Shown: piece by piece, positions 25,655 through 37,798 of the stretch | Layout of the letters: each line of letters starts with the position of its first letter | Position numbering within the stretch: the first letter of the stretch is position 1 | Source: Eledone cirrhosa | Lineage: Eukaryota | Direction of reading: 5' to 3' | DNA length: 64,000 bases | NCBI GenBank assembly: GCA_964016885.1 | Contig: OZ024747.1 | Span: forward strand, 70,804,001-70,868,000 | Program-made: the position numbers and the translations under genes | The notes under the pieces: generated by a model | What the model was told of the DNA's origin: nothing | Seen by the model: the letters and a program-made list of their open reading frames with translations, nothing else | The model's database searches: none

Positions 25655-25922
25655 TTGAGTTTCACTTCAATTTATGATTATAAATACCCAGTCGGTTAGT
25701 TTAATAACTAGATAATTTTTTATTTGATTTCTCAAAGCCCTTTCGTCACACGTTCTGTGATCTCCTCAGTAACTACGTTTGTAACTTTGTGTCTCTTCTT
25801 TGTTCTGTTTTATACAATCTTGCCTTTGTCAGCAAGTCACTGAGGAGGTCACAGAATGTGTGACGAAAGATCTTTAACAATCAACAATTAAAAAATCATC
25901 CGGTTATCAAGCTAACCGACTG
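25655..25922. mobile_element. Truncated double-hammerhead palindromic element, same family as 29991-30464
   Basis: Arms 25689-25774 and 25835-25922. Plus core GTCA-CTGAGGA-G-GTCACA-gaatg-TGTGAC-GAAA-GATC-TT. The spacer is homologous, in reverse, to the spacer of the 30-kb copy. Confidence 0.8.
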
Positions 25923-25944
25923 AGAAAATCGCATATGTGCACCC

Positions 25945-26348
25945 ATGCCGTGGTCCTGTTTGATTCCTTTATAATAACACTCGTTTGCATACATCAAGTA
26001 TGACATGTGAGAAGCTGCTGGAGATAGGTTGGGAGAGTCTGCACCATACGTCGTATTCACTTGACCTCGCGCCTACAAACTGTCATTTTTTTCTCTCAAC
26101 GAGCAATGAAATGCAGTCAAAGACCTTCGCCAATGAAGACCAGTTATATCAGTTGCTGTCGGAATTCTTTGCATTGAAGCCAGAATAATTCTACAAAGAT
26201 GGAATCATGTGCCTTCTTAAACAATAGCAGACGGTAATCGCAAATGATGGCGATTATTTTGACTTGTAACATTTTCCTAGTATTAAAAATAGACCTAAAT
26301 CAATAAAAATTTGGAAAGAAACGAGAACCTTCTTTCCAACTTACTGTG
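25945..26348 (+). pseudogene. Mariner transposase 3' remnant
   Basis: LLEIGWESLHHTSYSLDLAPTNCHFF corresponds to the mariner W..L.HPPYSPDLAPSD(Y/F)HLF motif, followed by a TIR-like end. Confidence 0.85.
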
Positions 26349-26357
26349 CACACACAT

Positions 26358-26466
<109 letters not shown>

Positions 26467-26469
26467 AAA

Positions 26470-26640
26470 TAATTGTTTCTACTTTTGGCACAATGCCAAC
26501 AATTATTCCAGTGCATTACTGGTACTTTATTTTATCGACCCCGTAAGGATGAAAGGCAACGTTAACCTAAAGGGGCGTAACTCTATGCTGCAAAGCATGG
26601 CGTCGGACTCTCTACCAATACCGCCAATCCAGCGCCCTTA
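26470..26640 (-). mobile_element. tRNA-derived SINE with conserved core CTTTCATCCTTACGGGGTCGATAAAATAAAGTACCAGT
   Basis: The same core is present in copies at 42520, 43880, 45455, 52390 and 60450. Confidence 0.8.
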
Positions 26641-28254
26641 TATAAAATGATAATACTAAGGAGCAGGACGAATTATCAATATAACATCATTATATTTATT
26701 CGCGTGCGTTTCGAGATGGATCAGAACAAGGTATGTTCAGTAGTGATCGGGATCGACTCTGGAATTGATAGCTCATCAGAATCATATACAATTCCACTAA
26801 GGATGATATCAGTAAGACGTCCAGGATACTTTACATCAAGTCGACATCTTTGACCGCTGCTTGTTCAGACTAATGAGTCGTTTAAATGATACGTTGTAGA
26901 TATTCTTATTTCAAGTAGACAAAATAACTTTTTGTTATCTCATCAATCGTATTGTAGCAGTGGTATCGTACAGCTTTCTTATCAATTAAAGTCACTCCCA
27001 TTTACCATTATAGACACACTTAAGTTAACTTACCTTTATTCATAACTTACTAGTTATACATATCGAAGACATAATATCTAACTGCAATTGAAACCACGCC
27101 ATTAAAATACTAACCATTTACTTCTATGACTAAGTTTTTAATTATAATTTGTATGTATATTACGAATCAGTAAGTTACCAGTGTCAGTCTAGAAGCTTTT
27201 ATCTCTAAATATGCGTCTGTGTATCCAAGGTCGATGAAGTGATGAAATACGAAATTTCAACCCTGTGGCCGAGAGGCCCATGCATTTTCCTGCATGGACT
27301 TCGGCTCGATTTGTAATGAACAGGATGACAAGCATTACAACAACACCAATAAAAGAAACTGTGTGAAGCCATAGCTAATGTTTTATATTAATTTATAACG
27401 TCGATTTTGAAATACTATCACTAAATTGCATGCAGTTGATGTCATTATCGTCCAGCACACATTATTTTTAGTACTTTTTTTTTATCTCTCTGCCTTACAT
27501 ATTCCTAATCGCCAAACATTACTATAATGTTCTGCTCCTTCCTTATTCCATTTTTGTTGGCTTGAGACAATCTAAATTCGAAATGATTGGTGTTTATTGA
27601 CATTGACCTTGTTTCGTTGTGATTCTCACAAGCACGTACACCAGACTTGCTAAGAGTATATCACTTGAAGTAAACTAGAGGCATTATTGCCTTCAGCTTA
27701 CACTTATTAGTAAACTCATCTGTTCTCGAAATGGACGAAGTGATAGCCAACCACTCACTGTATATATGTTGATAAAATGTAAGGAAAAGGTCAAATAATA
27801 ATGACTCAACCAAAATATATCCTTCTAGGTTAAGAGGGTGCTTTATCTGACTACTAAACACCGCCTAACAAAATGATACAATGAAATTGTTCATATTCTA
27901 TAGAAGACAAGCGAATATAATTGTATTTCATTTTTATCGACGGAATTAAATGTAAAGTTTAATATTCTTAACGAATCTTGTACGCTCATATGAAATTTAT
28001 GTTTAGATATAAAAATATAAATATGCATATTCTGTATGCATATGATTAATCCCAGTGAAAATATGTACACACACACTTCACTATATATTATATATAGTAT
28101 ATATATATATATATATATACACACGCTGTCGTATTAAGGTTTATTTATTCGTCCGAAGCTTGTGTTTCATCCCGGTACTACTCTGAGCTTTTCAGTGTGT
28201 GCGATACTTCAGCAAACTCTGAGTGGCAACTGACTAAATTATCATCTTTATCGA

Positions 28255-28341
<87 letters not shown>

Positions 28342-28659
28342 GTATAATTCTAGGTGATGTCTTGCAATGTAGCCATCATATACGGTCGATTTGCAGATAC
28401 GTTCTATATTTAACAGGAATGCTATTGTTAAGTCTGAATCAGGGCATAGCATTAGACTGATTTGTCTATGTATATATGTCTGATTTGTCTATGTTTGTAT
28501 GCAAACCTGAATTCAGTATTGCCCTCTAAAGAAAATCCCGTCTCACATTCATTGCTGATGCTGTAGTTGTATTATATTTATATTTGCTACTATAGTCATC
28601 CACGTATTCCCTTTGATTGCTCCTTAATTACTAAGAAAATTTAAAAAACATTTGGATGA

Positions 28660-28960
28660 ATATGATGGCACTCCATCAATTACGACGAAGAGTGTTCCAA
28701 TTGATCCGATCAACGGAACAGCCTGCTCGTGAAATTAACTAGGAAATGGATTAGCATTCCACATACACTTAACTTAGTGTTCAGGGAGATTCAGCGTAAC
28801 AAGACTAGACCTTCGAATTACAGGTACAACTCATTTTTGCCAGCTGAGTGAAATGGATCAACGTGAAATAAAACGCTTTGCTCAAGGTTACAACGCGTCA
28901 CCAGAAATCGAACTCACGATGTTACGATTGAGAACCGAATACCTTAACCACAAAGCCACG
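28660..28960 (-). mobile_element. tRNA-derived SINE, second family; relatives at about 17340-17490, 38580-38750 and 62540-62680
   Basis: Minus-strand head TGGCTTTGTGGTTAAGG...GAGTTCGATTTC (A/B-box like). Shared body GATCAACGGAACAGCCTGCTCGTGAAATTAAC and GAATTACAGGTACA. Confidence 0.75.
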
Positions 28961-29309
28961 AGACAAATATAGGTGTATGGTGAACCTACAAGTCTGTTTT
29001 TAGTAAACATGCATTCTTACATTTAACACACATTTCTAATTATTAACGACAAGGAAAATTCTAATAAATGTATCATGTATCCTTCAATGCGTTTATAGAC
29101 TCATCGTGAATCCACCCACCAGCATCGTCCTCAAAGGAACCACATCAAATCGAACTCTATTTGAATAATGGCAGCAACGAGATTTAAAATAATTCTATGT
29201 ATCTTGCTCCCACATAAATATATACGCGCAGGGGCAAACACGCGCATGAATGCATATATCCGCATATGCACATGTATCTATCTATCCAGGGCGGGTAAAA
29301 TTCCCGAGA

Positions 29310-29740
29310 TCCATGGACGAGTTCTCTCCAGCCGTCTTTGTCTCTCATTATCGCTGCCATCTCCTGCGTCTCCAAGAGACCAGTGTCTGTCCTTAGGGCA
29401 TCAACATATGTTAACCTTGGTCTTCCTCTTCCAGTGTGTCCATGCAGGGGCTCCCCCAGGAGCACTGAGTGCAATGTCAACTCTGGATGTCGGTGAGTAT
29501 GTCCAGCTAACCTCAGTCTGCTCTGTGTCACTTTCGAGCTGACATTTGGGAGGGTCCCGTACAGCTCTGAGTTTTTCATCCTCAGTGTATACTGATTAAT
29601 GTTCAGAGCCATCCTCAGTATTCTCGTGTAGCACCCATCCACCATCTGAGTGAGTTTCTTGGTCAGTGTCCAAGTCTCAGACCCGTACAGCAGCACAGAC
29701 TCCACTACAGCAACGAAGAGACGGATCTTCAGGTCTTTAC
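29310..29740 (-). pseudogene. 5'-truncated RTE-type LINE, C-terminal fragment
   Basis: ESVLLYGSETWTLT...RILRMALNI...RLRLAGH...GRGRPRLTYVD...RDKDGWRELV. Confidence 0.88.
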
Positions 29741-29990
29741 ATATTTCACAGACACGTGATATTCAGGTATAGTTAGCATGGAACAGTATGAATTAAAAGT
29801 ACTGTCTGTCCGATGGGCTTCCATAGAGTTTCCATCAACCAATTTCACTTACATGGGATCGAATCTGTGACCTCAATCATGTATTATTTTGTGCATGCAC
29901 ACACACACACACACACATATACATATATATATATTTCGTTTCTGAATTTGTTTAGCAAGATTCTTTATCTGAAAACGTGTGTTGAAACCG

Positions 29991-30459
29991 ATATTGTTAT
30001 ACTTTGGGAGGGTCATGTTGCCAATAAGAAACACACGCACCAGTTGCTTTCACTTTAATTTATTATAATAAATTTATAAATTTAGGAATTTATAAATTTA
30101 TAAATTTCCGGTTGGTTGGTTGGTTGGTTCAACAACCAGATGGTTGTTTATATATTCTCAAATTTCTTTCGTCACACATTCTGTGACCTCTTCAGTGAAC
30201 ACACACACAAAAACAAGATGGCGTAGGACAGAACAAAGGAGAGGCACAAAAAACAATAAAAGAATCCCCAGTCACTGAAGAGGTCACAGAATGTGTGACG
30301 AAAGAACTTTGACAATATATAAACAACCATCTGGTTGTGGAACCAACTAACCAACCGGAAATTTATAAATTCCTAAATTTATAAATTTATTATAATAAAT
30401 TGAAGTGAAATCAGGTGGTGCGTGTGTTTCTTATTGGCAACATGACCCTCCCAAAGTAT

Positions 30460-30464
<5 letters not shown>
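29991..30464. mobile_element. Palindromic element (about 200-bp arms, about 73-bp spacer) with a hammerhead core in each arm, abutting (TA)n
   Basis: 29994-30198 is the reverse complement of 30272-30464. Cores lie at 30271-30313 (+) and 30157-30199 (-). Confidence 0.88.
30271..30313 (+). ncRNA. Minimal type I hammerhead-like motif
   Basis: GTCA-CTGAAGA-G-GTCACA-gaatg-TGTGAC-GAAA-GAAC-TT-TGAC: 4-bp stem I, 6-bp stem II, vestigial stem III, one extra nt after A9. Confidence 0.65.
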
Positions 30465-30540
<76 letters not shown>

Positions 30541-31504
30541 CAGGCATGTACACAATGTGCTGATTCACAAGTTAGTGCTGGAGTCAATTCATTCCTAGGT
30601 TATTTATTGACTATAAACGAAAATCACACACGTCATGAGTGGTTTGTAATGGTAATCGAAGCTATGATACCAACTAGTCTCACTAGAACCTTACATATGC
30701 TCTCAGATGTACGATATATATGGTATTCAATATTCAATATGAACCCAGAGCAATACGACATCATCTTGTACATTAAGTGCCTGAAGATACAACATACCAA
30801 GAAACCTTAAAACGTTCATATTCCGCTAATTAATTATATTGTTCTTTATTAATATATTTAATAAATGCCTGTAGCCATTATTTAAACTATAGCACTGAAT
30901 TTTGCTTGTGATTAACAACATTGAACAATACATATGAATAAAACTGAAAATATAGATTTGAAGAGAATATGTAAAAAGAAGAACTAACTTAACACTACAC
31001 ACATTCTCTACTTGATACAAAACTAGTGGGATACTGGCATACAGGCAAACTGAATACAGTGAATAAGCAGTTTAATGAGCTTATACATTTAATATAATAA
31101 TAGATTAATAGAGGCCAAACTCGTTAAACGTCGAACGAAATTTACATTCAGAATTCCACTCTCTTTTGCCCTTCGTCTTGGGCAATAAAATAAATTTAAT
31201 AAACAGTTTACTAAGATTATACAATTAATCTTGTAATAGATTAACAGAGGTCGAATTCGTTCAGCATCAAACAAAATTAACATTTTGAAATCGGCTCTCT
31301 TTTGCCCTGTGTCCTTCTTCGTCAATAAAATAGATTTAGGAATGCAATAGTGGTTGATATTTTCGGTTGATCCCTATTCCCCAAATTCGTTGCCTAGTGC
31401 CAATGCTAAAAATTAATATGTTGTCAAGTCTAATAAATGTTCATTCCCGAAAAATCTTCGTCCAAATATCTGTGGCATCGACTTGGCTTTTAATCTCGCC
31501 CCTC

Positions 31505-31800
31505 CTAAAAGAAATCTGTCTCGAATTCGGAGGCTCATCCGACCGGTGCTTATCTCGGTTTCGTGGCATGAAGCGACTGAGAGTACAAGAGTACAAGACT
31601 CCTCTTTGAACAGGACGCTAGTCCATTGCAGGGTTAAACCCCCAGATATTACGGGTACTCGTTTTCAGTTGAGTATACCGGAGCAACGAGAAATGAAGTA
31701 ATTTACTCAAGACCACAACACACAACCCAGTCCAGGAATCAAATCCAAAACATTATGATCGTAAGTCCAGCATCCTTACCACTAGGCCACGCACCTGCCC
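31505..31800 (-). mobile_element. tRNA-derived SINE, third family; same as 43420-43700
   Basis: Minus head GCGTGGCCTAGTGGTAAGG...TTGATTCCTGG. Body AACCCTGCAATGGACTAGCGTCC. Tail GATAAGCACCGG. Confidence 0.8.
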
Positions 31801-34800
31801 CTGCTTACTGAATTAAAATCCCGCCGCGGTGAACTTCATTTTTCATCCTTTCGAGATCGATAAAAAATTATCAGTAATGGGGTCAATTCTTTCCTTTATC
31901 TCTTTCTCAATTCTTTTCTGTCACACACCCCCTCTCTCTCATTTCTAGATGAAATCGGTTGTGTTTAGACCTGGGGAGGGGAGGGGGTTTCTCCGGGCTT
32001 CAAATGCTCAAGGCACGTTAATGTCATGACAGTACCACTACAACTCTATTACGCTTTCATACAAACTATAGATAAGGGCTGACTTAATCTACTATATTCG
32101 TGACCTACCAAATTTTTTTGTTTGTCCTTAGTCAAAATAAATCATTTTTCAGTTGTAAAATTAAGTTCTGTTTATTTAATTTCAATTAACTGTTAGTTCA
32201 ACGCAAATTGCTGTCAATATGATAATTTCGTGATAATAACAATAAATGAGATCATTTTGCAGGTTAGAAAATTAATATATCTACAGCGTGAATTGGTTTT
32301 CTCTAATACAGAAAGTTTCGAAAATAATATAGATGTTTTAATAGAATCGTATTGTTTCCTATTGCCAATGATAGTAGAAATTGACTTGAAATTAGCAAAA
32401 TAATAGAGGTATTGTAAAATATTAGTGGAAGGCCATATTCTGTAATGAAGATGACTGTCGTGTAGACAGCAATCTGTTTTCTTCCTAAACAGATTTTATT
32501 TTTCTATGTTTGTCATTACTCGGAGACATTTACCAAACTGCATTATCAAACTGAACCCTTCATTATAACCCCTTGAGCTAGAATAGCGTAAATATGCAAA
32601 TCCTTTCCGTTTCCAGTAAAAGATATTGGCTAAATGTTACGTAGGGTATCTATGATTTGAAGTATTGTGAGTTTAATTATATTTAGAGAGAACTGAATTC
32701 ATAAAAGGAATTATGTGTGGTAGTATAAAGATTAAACAACTATAGAAATGCTAAGAACGTTATAGAAAATGCAGAAGAGTCAAAGAAAAGATAATTAATG
32801 AAGACGGACGGAATAGTGTTCTAGGAGTGTCATTGAGTGAGCACATTTTTCTGAACACATTCTGAAACGTGTGAATATTTCTTTAGATGTGCTATCCTAA
32901 ATGTATGAACAATATTCTAATGTGTAAGTGTTTATGGCTTATAAGTGATTGGGGTGTGGGAGAGATACATTTTGCCTTTTATACTCTCGGAGTCAATAAA
33001 TAAAGTCGCAGTTCAGTACTGAGGTGGATTCTTCTTCTCCTTCTCGATTCCACTACCTCTGTCTCATTTTCGTTTTCCCCTCTATTTCTTAATCATTCTC
33101 TTTCTCTCTGTTTCTGTCTTTCGCTCTGGAAGAAATAAATTTGAGTCAGAGCTGCAGTGAGATGGATTCTATCAGGTCTAAAAGCTCAAGACATTCTACA
33201 CATCACGATGTTACCCCTACAACTCCATCAGGAGTTGATGATTCGTGGAAGGAAGAAACAGTTAGGTGTAGAAGTGTTACAAAGGCTAAATATCAAAACA
33301 CTATATGAATGTTAGTGTTAATTAAAAAGGGACCACTGTAAATGATGGGCTACAAAATAATCTAGAACAACACAAGCAGGGATCAACTGTTAAAATAATC
33401 AAATTACTAAAATTTCTCCTAATTCTGCGTAAAACATCTTGAGCAAATGTATTTCGACTCTAGTCTCAGAATGTCCATATAAGTATTAAGAAGATTTAGC
33501 AAACTTAAAACCTTTAAATGGAGTCGTCCAAACGGTAGATGGGAAAATTGGGAGAGTCGTTTAAATTTTCCCCGGTGAAGTTTAAAGCACTTCTGTTTAA
33601 TAGAAATAAGGAATATTATCCTCCCCTCATCTCACAAAAAATATATACTCTTTCCCACACACAAACACACGCACATGTTGATTATAAAGTAAAGGAATAA
33701 ATGACAAAAAACGGAAGTGATAACTAAAGAGAAAAAACAGTATAAAGTAAAAAAAAGACTGTTTCTTTTCTATTTTCAAACCGGCTTCTGAATATCCGTT
33801 TAAACAACAGAGAGAAGAGAGAATAGGCTCAATATGCGATCAAAATACATAATCAATTAAAGATCGGAGGTGAGAGCCTCTATGTGATTTCTCAACATGA
33901 TATAGCAGCTATACCTCCTCCAAATCATGCTATGTCAACAGAAATAAGAAAAGGCAACATTAGATAATGCACACTGACATAACCAAAAAAGTCGGATGTT
34001 CACGACTGGAATGCGTTTTGATCACAGGTCTACACTAATAGGCTAGCCAATGTTTTAACAACATTCATAAAGCAAAAGCACAATAAAAACAATTCTAAAG
34101 AAACATAAGATGAACATAAAGACAGTAAGAAAGAGAAATAAATAAAAAGAGGAAGAAAGAGAAAGAAAGGGAGGAGAGAGATAAATATAACGATTAGAAG
34201 AAGAAAATAAAATAAAAAAGTACTCCTAATGACAGAGTATGAAAAGATGGACAGCAATTGACTGTAATATATACAGTAGAATGACTGACAAGGTCGTAGA
34301 TGTACGACGAAATACTTAATAATATCTATTACTGCAACAAAATAATAATAAAACAGCAGTGAAAAGAGTTGTGTATGTGTTATAGCTAATGGCTACAATA
34401 GCTCTTCGATAATGCAATTATATTAATCCCAACCCACGTTTCCTTGCCAAACAATAAAACACAAGAATATACAAACCAATGTGTCCACCTCTCTGCCGTA
34501 GTTCAATCTGCTAAAGATATCAGTCAAATCTCCCTCAAATTTCCTTCGTCGGTGGTTTTGCTTTGGCGAGGATGTTTCCAAGATTTTTGAAACCGTCTTG
34601 TTAGTTTGATTAGTGTGAAGTCGCTAAACAGCCACGAGTTCAATCTCTTTGCTACAATGTCTTCAAAGTCCCTGTAACCACATTACAATTTCAATGAGAA
34701 GTTGGGAGGCCTGTCCGATTGCAAACGGTGCCAGTGCCGCAGTATGTCGATGTTTTCCCCCATTCGATTTTGAATAGCTTGGAGGATTTTTAACTCAAAG

Positions 34801-35574
34801 CATAAAGAGCTAAAGCAGATACTTCAAGGCATCTCGTCAGATAATCTAGCAATTACGCCATTTCCCTGCCCTGTGGTATTATATTTAATGAGCCTGAAAG
34901 GGCGAAAGGCAAATTTATCTTTAGTTAGATTTGAGTTCAGAGTACAGAGACAAGAAAAGAAATGCCGCGAGGCATTCTATCGGATGCTGTAACAACTCTG
35001 CCAACTAGTCGTCTTCATCGTTGTACAAATACGATAACACTTTTGGTTTACATATACTTTCTTCAAAACAAATAGACGTGTGATCACGCTTTTAATAATA
35101 CATCTTCTTAATCAGGGCTGATCTGGAGCTAAACTATAATAGCAAACCATCAATATGTTCCAAGATTGAGGAACTTGGTTTAGAAGGCTTCCACAACCTC
35201 AATATATTCATGACCTTGCACCTTTAGATTGTCATTTATTCCGAAGTTTACATCACTCTATTAATGGTAAAGAGTATAATTCCTTAGAGGCATTTAGAAT
35301 GGAGTTACGCGCCATTTTCTCCCCCAAACCATCTGATTTCCGAAGGAATGGCATAAGAAACCAGTTTCAGGAGTACATAAATGTTTTTTGATTTAGATGG
35401 GGACAAGATACTTGATTAAATTAGTGCTTAACTTCTGTTATTTTATTACTATAAACGACATTATTTATGGCATGAGTGACGTCGCAATTCATTTCTACAG
35501 CTGGGAATCCAACTCTTTAACCCCTAAGCTACGCGACTTCATTATATATATATATTTCATAGACCCTCTTCGGT

Positions 35575-35820
35575 CACGAATGACCATAGGATTTGCAGCT
35601 AAAAATTCCCCTTCCGAAGTCCGAGCAAGTTTTGTTTGTAGAAGACTAACAGTCGCCCATGCATACCAATCTCCTTTCTCCACGCCACCGATGTTGTCAA
35701 AGAGAAAGGGAAAGCCCAATAAAACTTTGCACCAGTTTCGTCGCAACTCATTTCTGCAACTGAGTGAACTGGAGCAACGTGTAATAAAATATCTCACTCA
35801 AGGACACAAACATCACCCGT
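35575..35820 (-). mobile_element. SINE fragment
   Basis: Shares CTGAGTGAACTGGAGCAACGTG...CTCAAGGACACAA with the SINEs at 28.8 kb and 31.7 kb. Confidence 0.6.
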
Positions 35821-36889
35821 GTGTGTGTATGCGTGTGTGTGTATGTGTGTGTGCGTGCGTGTGTGTTTAAACCCGTTATTAAATTATATTTCACAGAATA
35901 TTTTGAATGAATTCAAGATACTTCATTTCTTAATATTTTTTTTTTAAAAGTATGTTCTGGAAGCCAACTTAGGATAAGAATATACTCTTTTGGGTTTATC
36001 TTTTATGTTCTGTATACAATTTTATATGCAATTATCATTAGAACTCAAATGAAAATATCTGTCTGCTTCCATATTCAACTATCGTTAACTGAACCGGTCA
36101 ATGTAGGAAATACTTCTAGTTAGACTTCGTTCACAATTAATTGCAAAGAAAATAGATGAAGATCGATCAAATTTGAAATTTCTCATTCTGTAAATACATA
36201 ACAAATACTTAAACATTTTGTAACGTGGGTGATCCATGAGATTTTGTACATCACGAATCATGTTTCATATTAAGTTGTTATTGCATACTTTATCTTCTAG
36301 TTAAACGAAGAAAGATGTATGCTATCCCAGTTTAGTGTATAATAATTTCAGAGTAGCTATCATTCGCTTCTGGTTATCCCTTATACTTGGGTTCGAAAGA
36401 ATTTAAGAAATATGCATTCCTCTGCCAAATATGGGGAAAATGCTGCTGTATGATATCAATACTTCGTAACAAAAGGATGATGTTGAAATACCTTGCTTTA
36501 GTTTTGCTTCTACTTCTACTAAATTAAGGAAGGAAAAGGGTTAACAACATAAACGTTCATAAAGATAAAATGGATGAAAAATTGCGAGTTGGGATTCATA
36601 TGATACTGGCAAGTTCCGGACAACTGAATTCTAAGATAAAAATAATGTTGTTTTACAAGATATGCTTGTGAGATACCTTTAGGAAAGGAAAGCATGTAAA
36701 GTGTTCTTTAGAACAGATTTGCTGTCGAAAAATAGATTTAAAGTGATTTGAGTATTTCAGAAGACGAAGGATAATGCCAAAAGAAAATTAACTGGGGATA
36801 GATCACTAATAAATCATACAGTTTCTTCTACTGTGGTATTGACATGAGAATTTCATAGTATCACAAAACTAAAATGTTGATTCAAAAGA

Positions 36890-36892
<3 letters not shown>

Positions 36893-36974
<82 letters not shown>

Positions 36975-37017
36975 GATAGATAGATATATAGATAGATAGA
37001 TAGATACATATATATGC

Positions 37018-37056
<39 letters not shown>

Positions 37057-37098
37057 CATATATATACATATATATATATATATATACATATATATACA

Positions 37099-37154
<56 letters not shown>

Positions 37155-37278
37155 TACACACACACATATATATATATATGTACATATGTATAAATATACA
37201 TATATGTATGTATATATGTATATATACATATGTATATATTTATATATATATATGTATATATGTATATATATATGTATG

Positions 37279-37309
<31 letters not shown>

Positions 37310-37325
37310 GTATATATATATATAC

Positions 37326-37363
<38 letters not shown>

Positions 37364-37545
37364 ATGTACATATATATATACATATATACACATATATGTA
37401 CATATATATATACATATATATAAATATATACATATACAAATGTATATATACATATATACATACATATATGTATATATATACATATGTACATACATATATG
37501 TATATATATACATATGTATATACATATTGTATATATATACATATG

Positions 37546-37605
<60 letters not shown>

Positions 37606-37710
37606 TATATGTGCATATATATACATATATATATATATATATACATATATATGTATATATATATATATACATACATACATATGTACATATATATATATAT
37701 ACATACATAC

Positions 37711-37755
<45 letters not shown>

Positions 37756-37761
37756 CATATG

Positions 37762-37792
<31 letters not shown>

Positions 37793-37798
37793 ATGTGT
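36893..37798. repeat. About 900-bp interrupted (TA)n microsatellite
   Basis: Direct inspection; it produces the spurious IYIY ORFs in all frames. Confidence 0.97.

Noticed and set aside
26698-26785. Minus-strand CTGATGA...GAAACGC hammerhead-like spacing
   Set aside because: No convincing stem II and no NUH/stem I closure.
28150-28200. Minus-strand CTGAAAA...GAAACAC between TA tracts
   Set aside because: Core mutated and stems do not pair.
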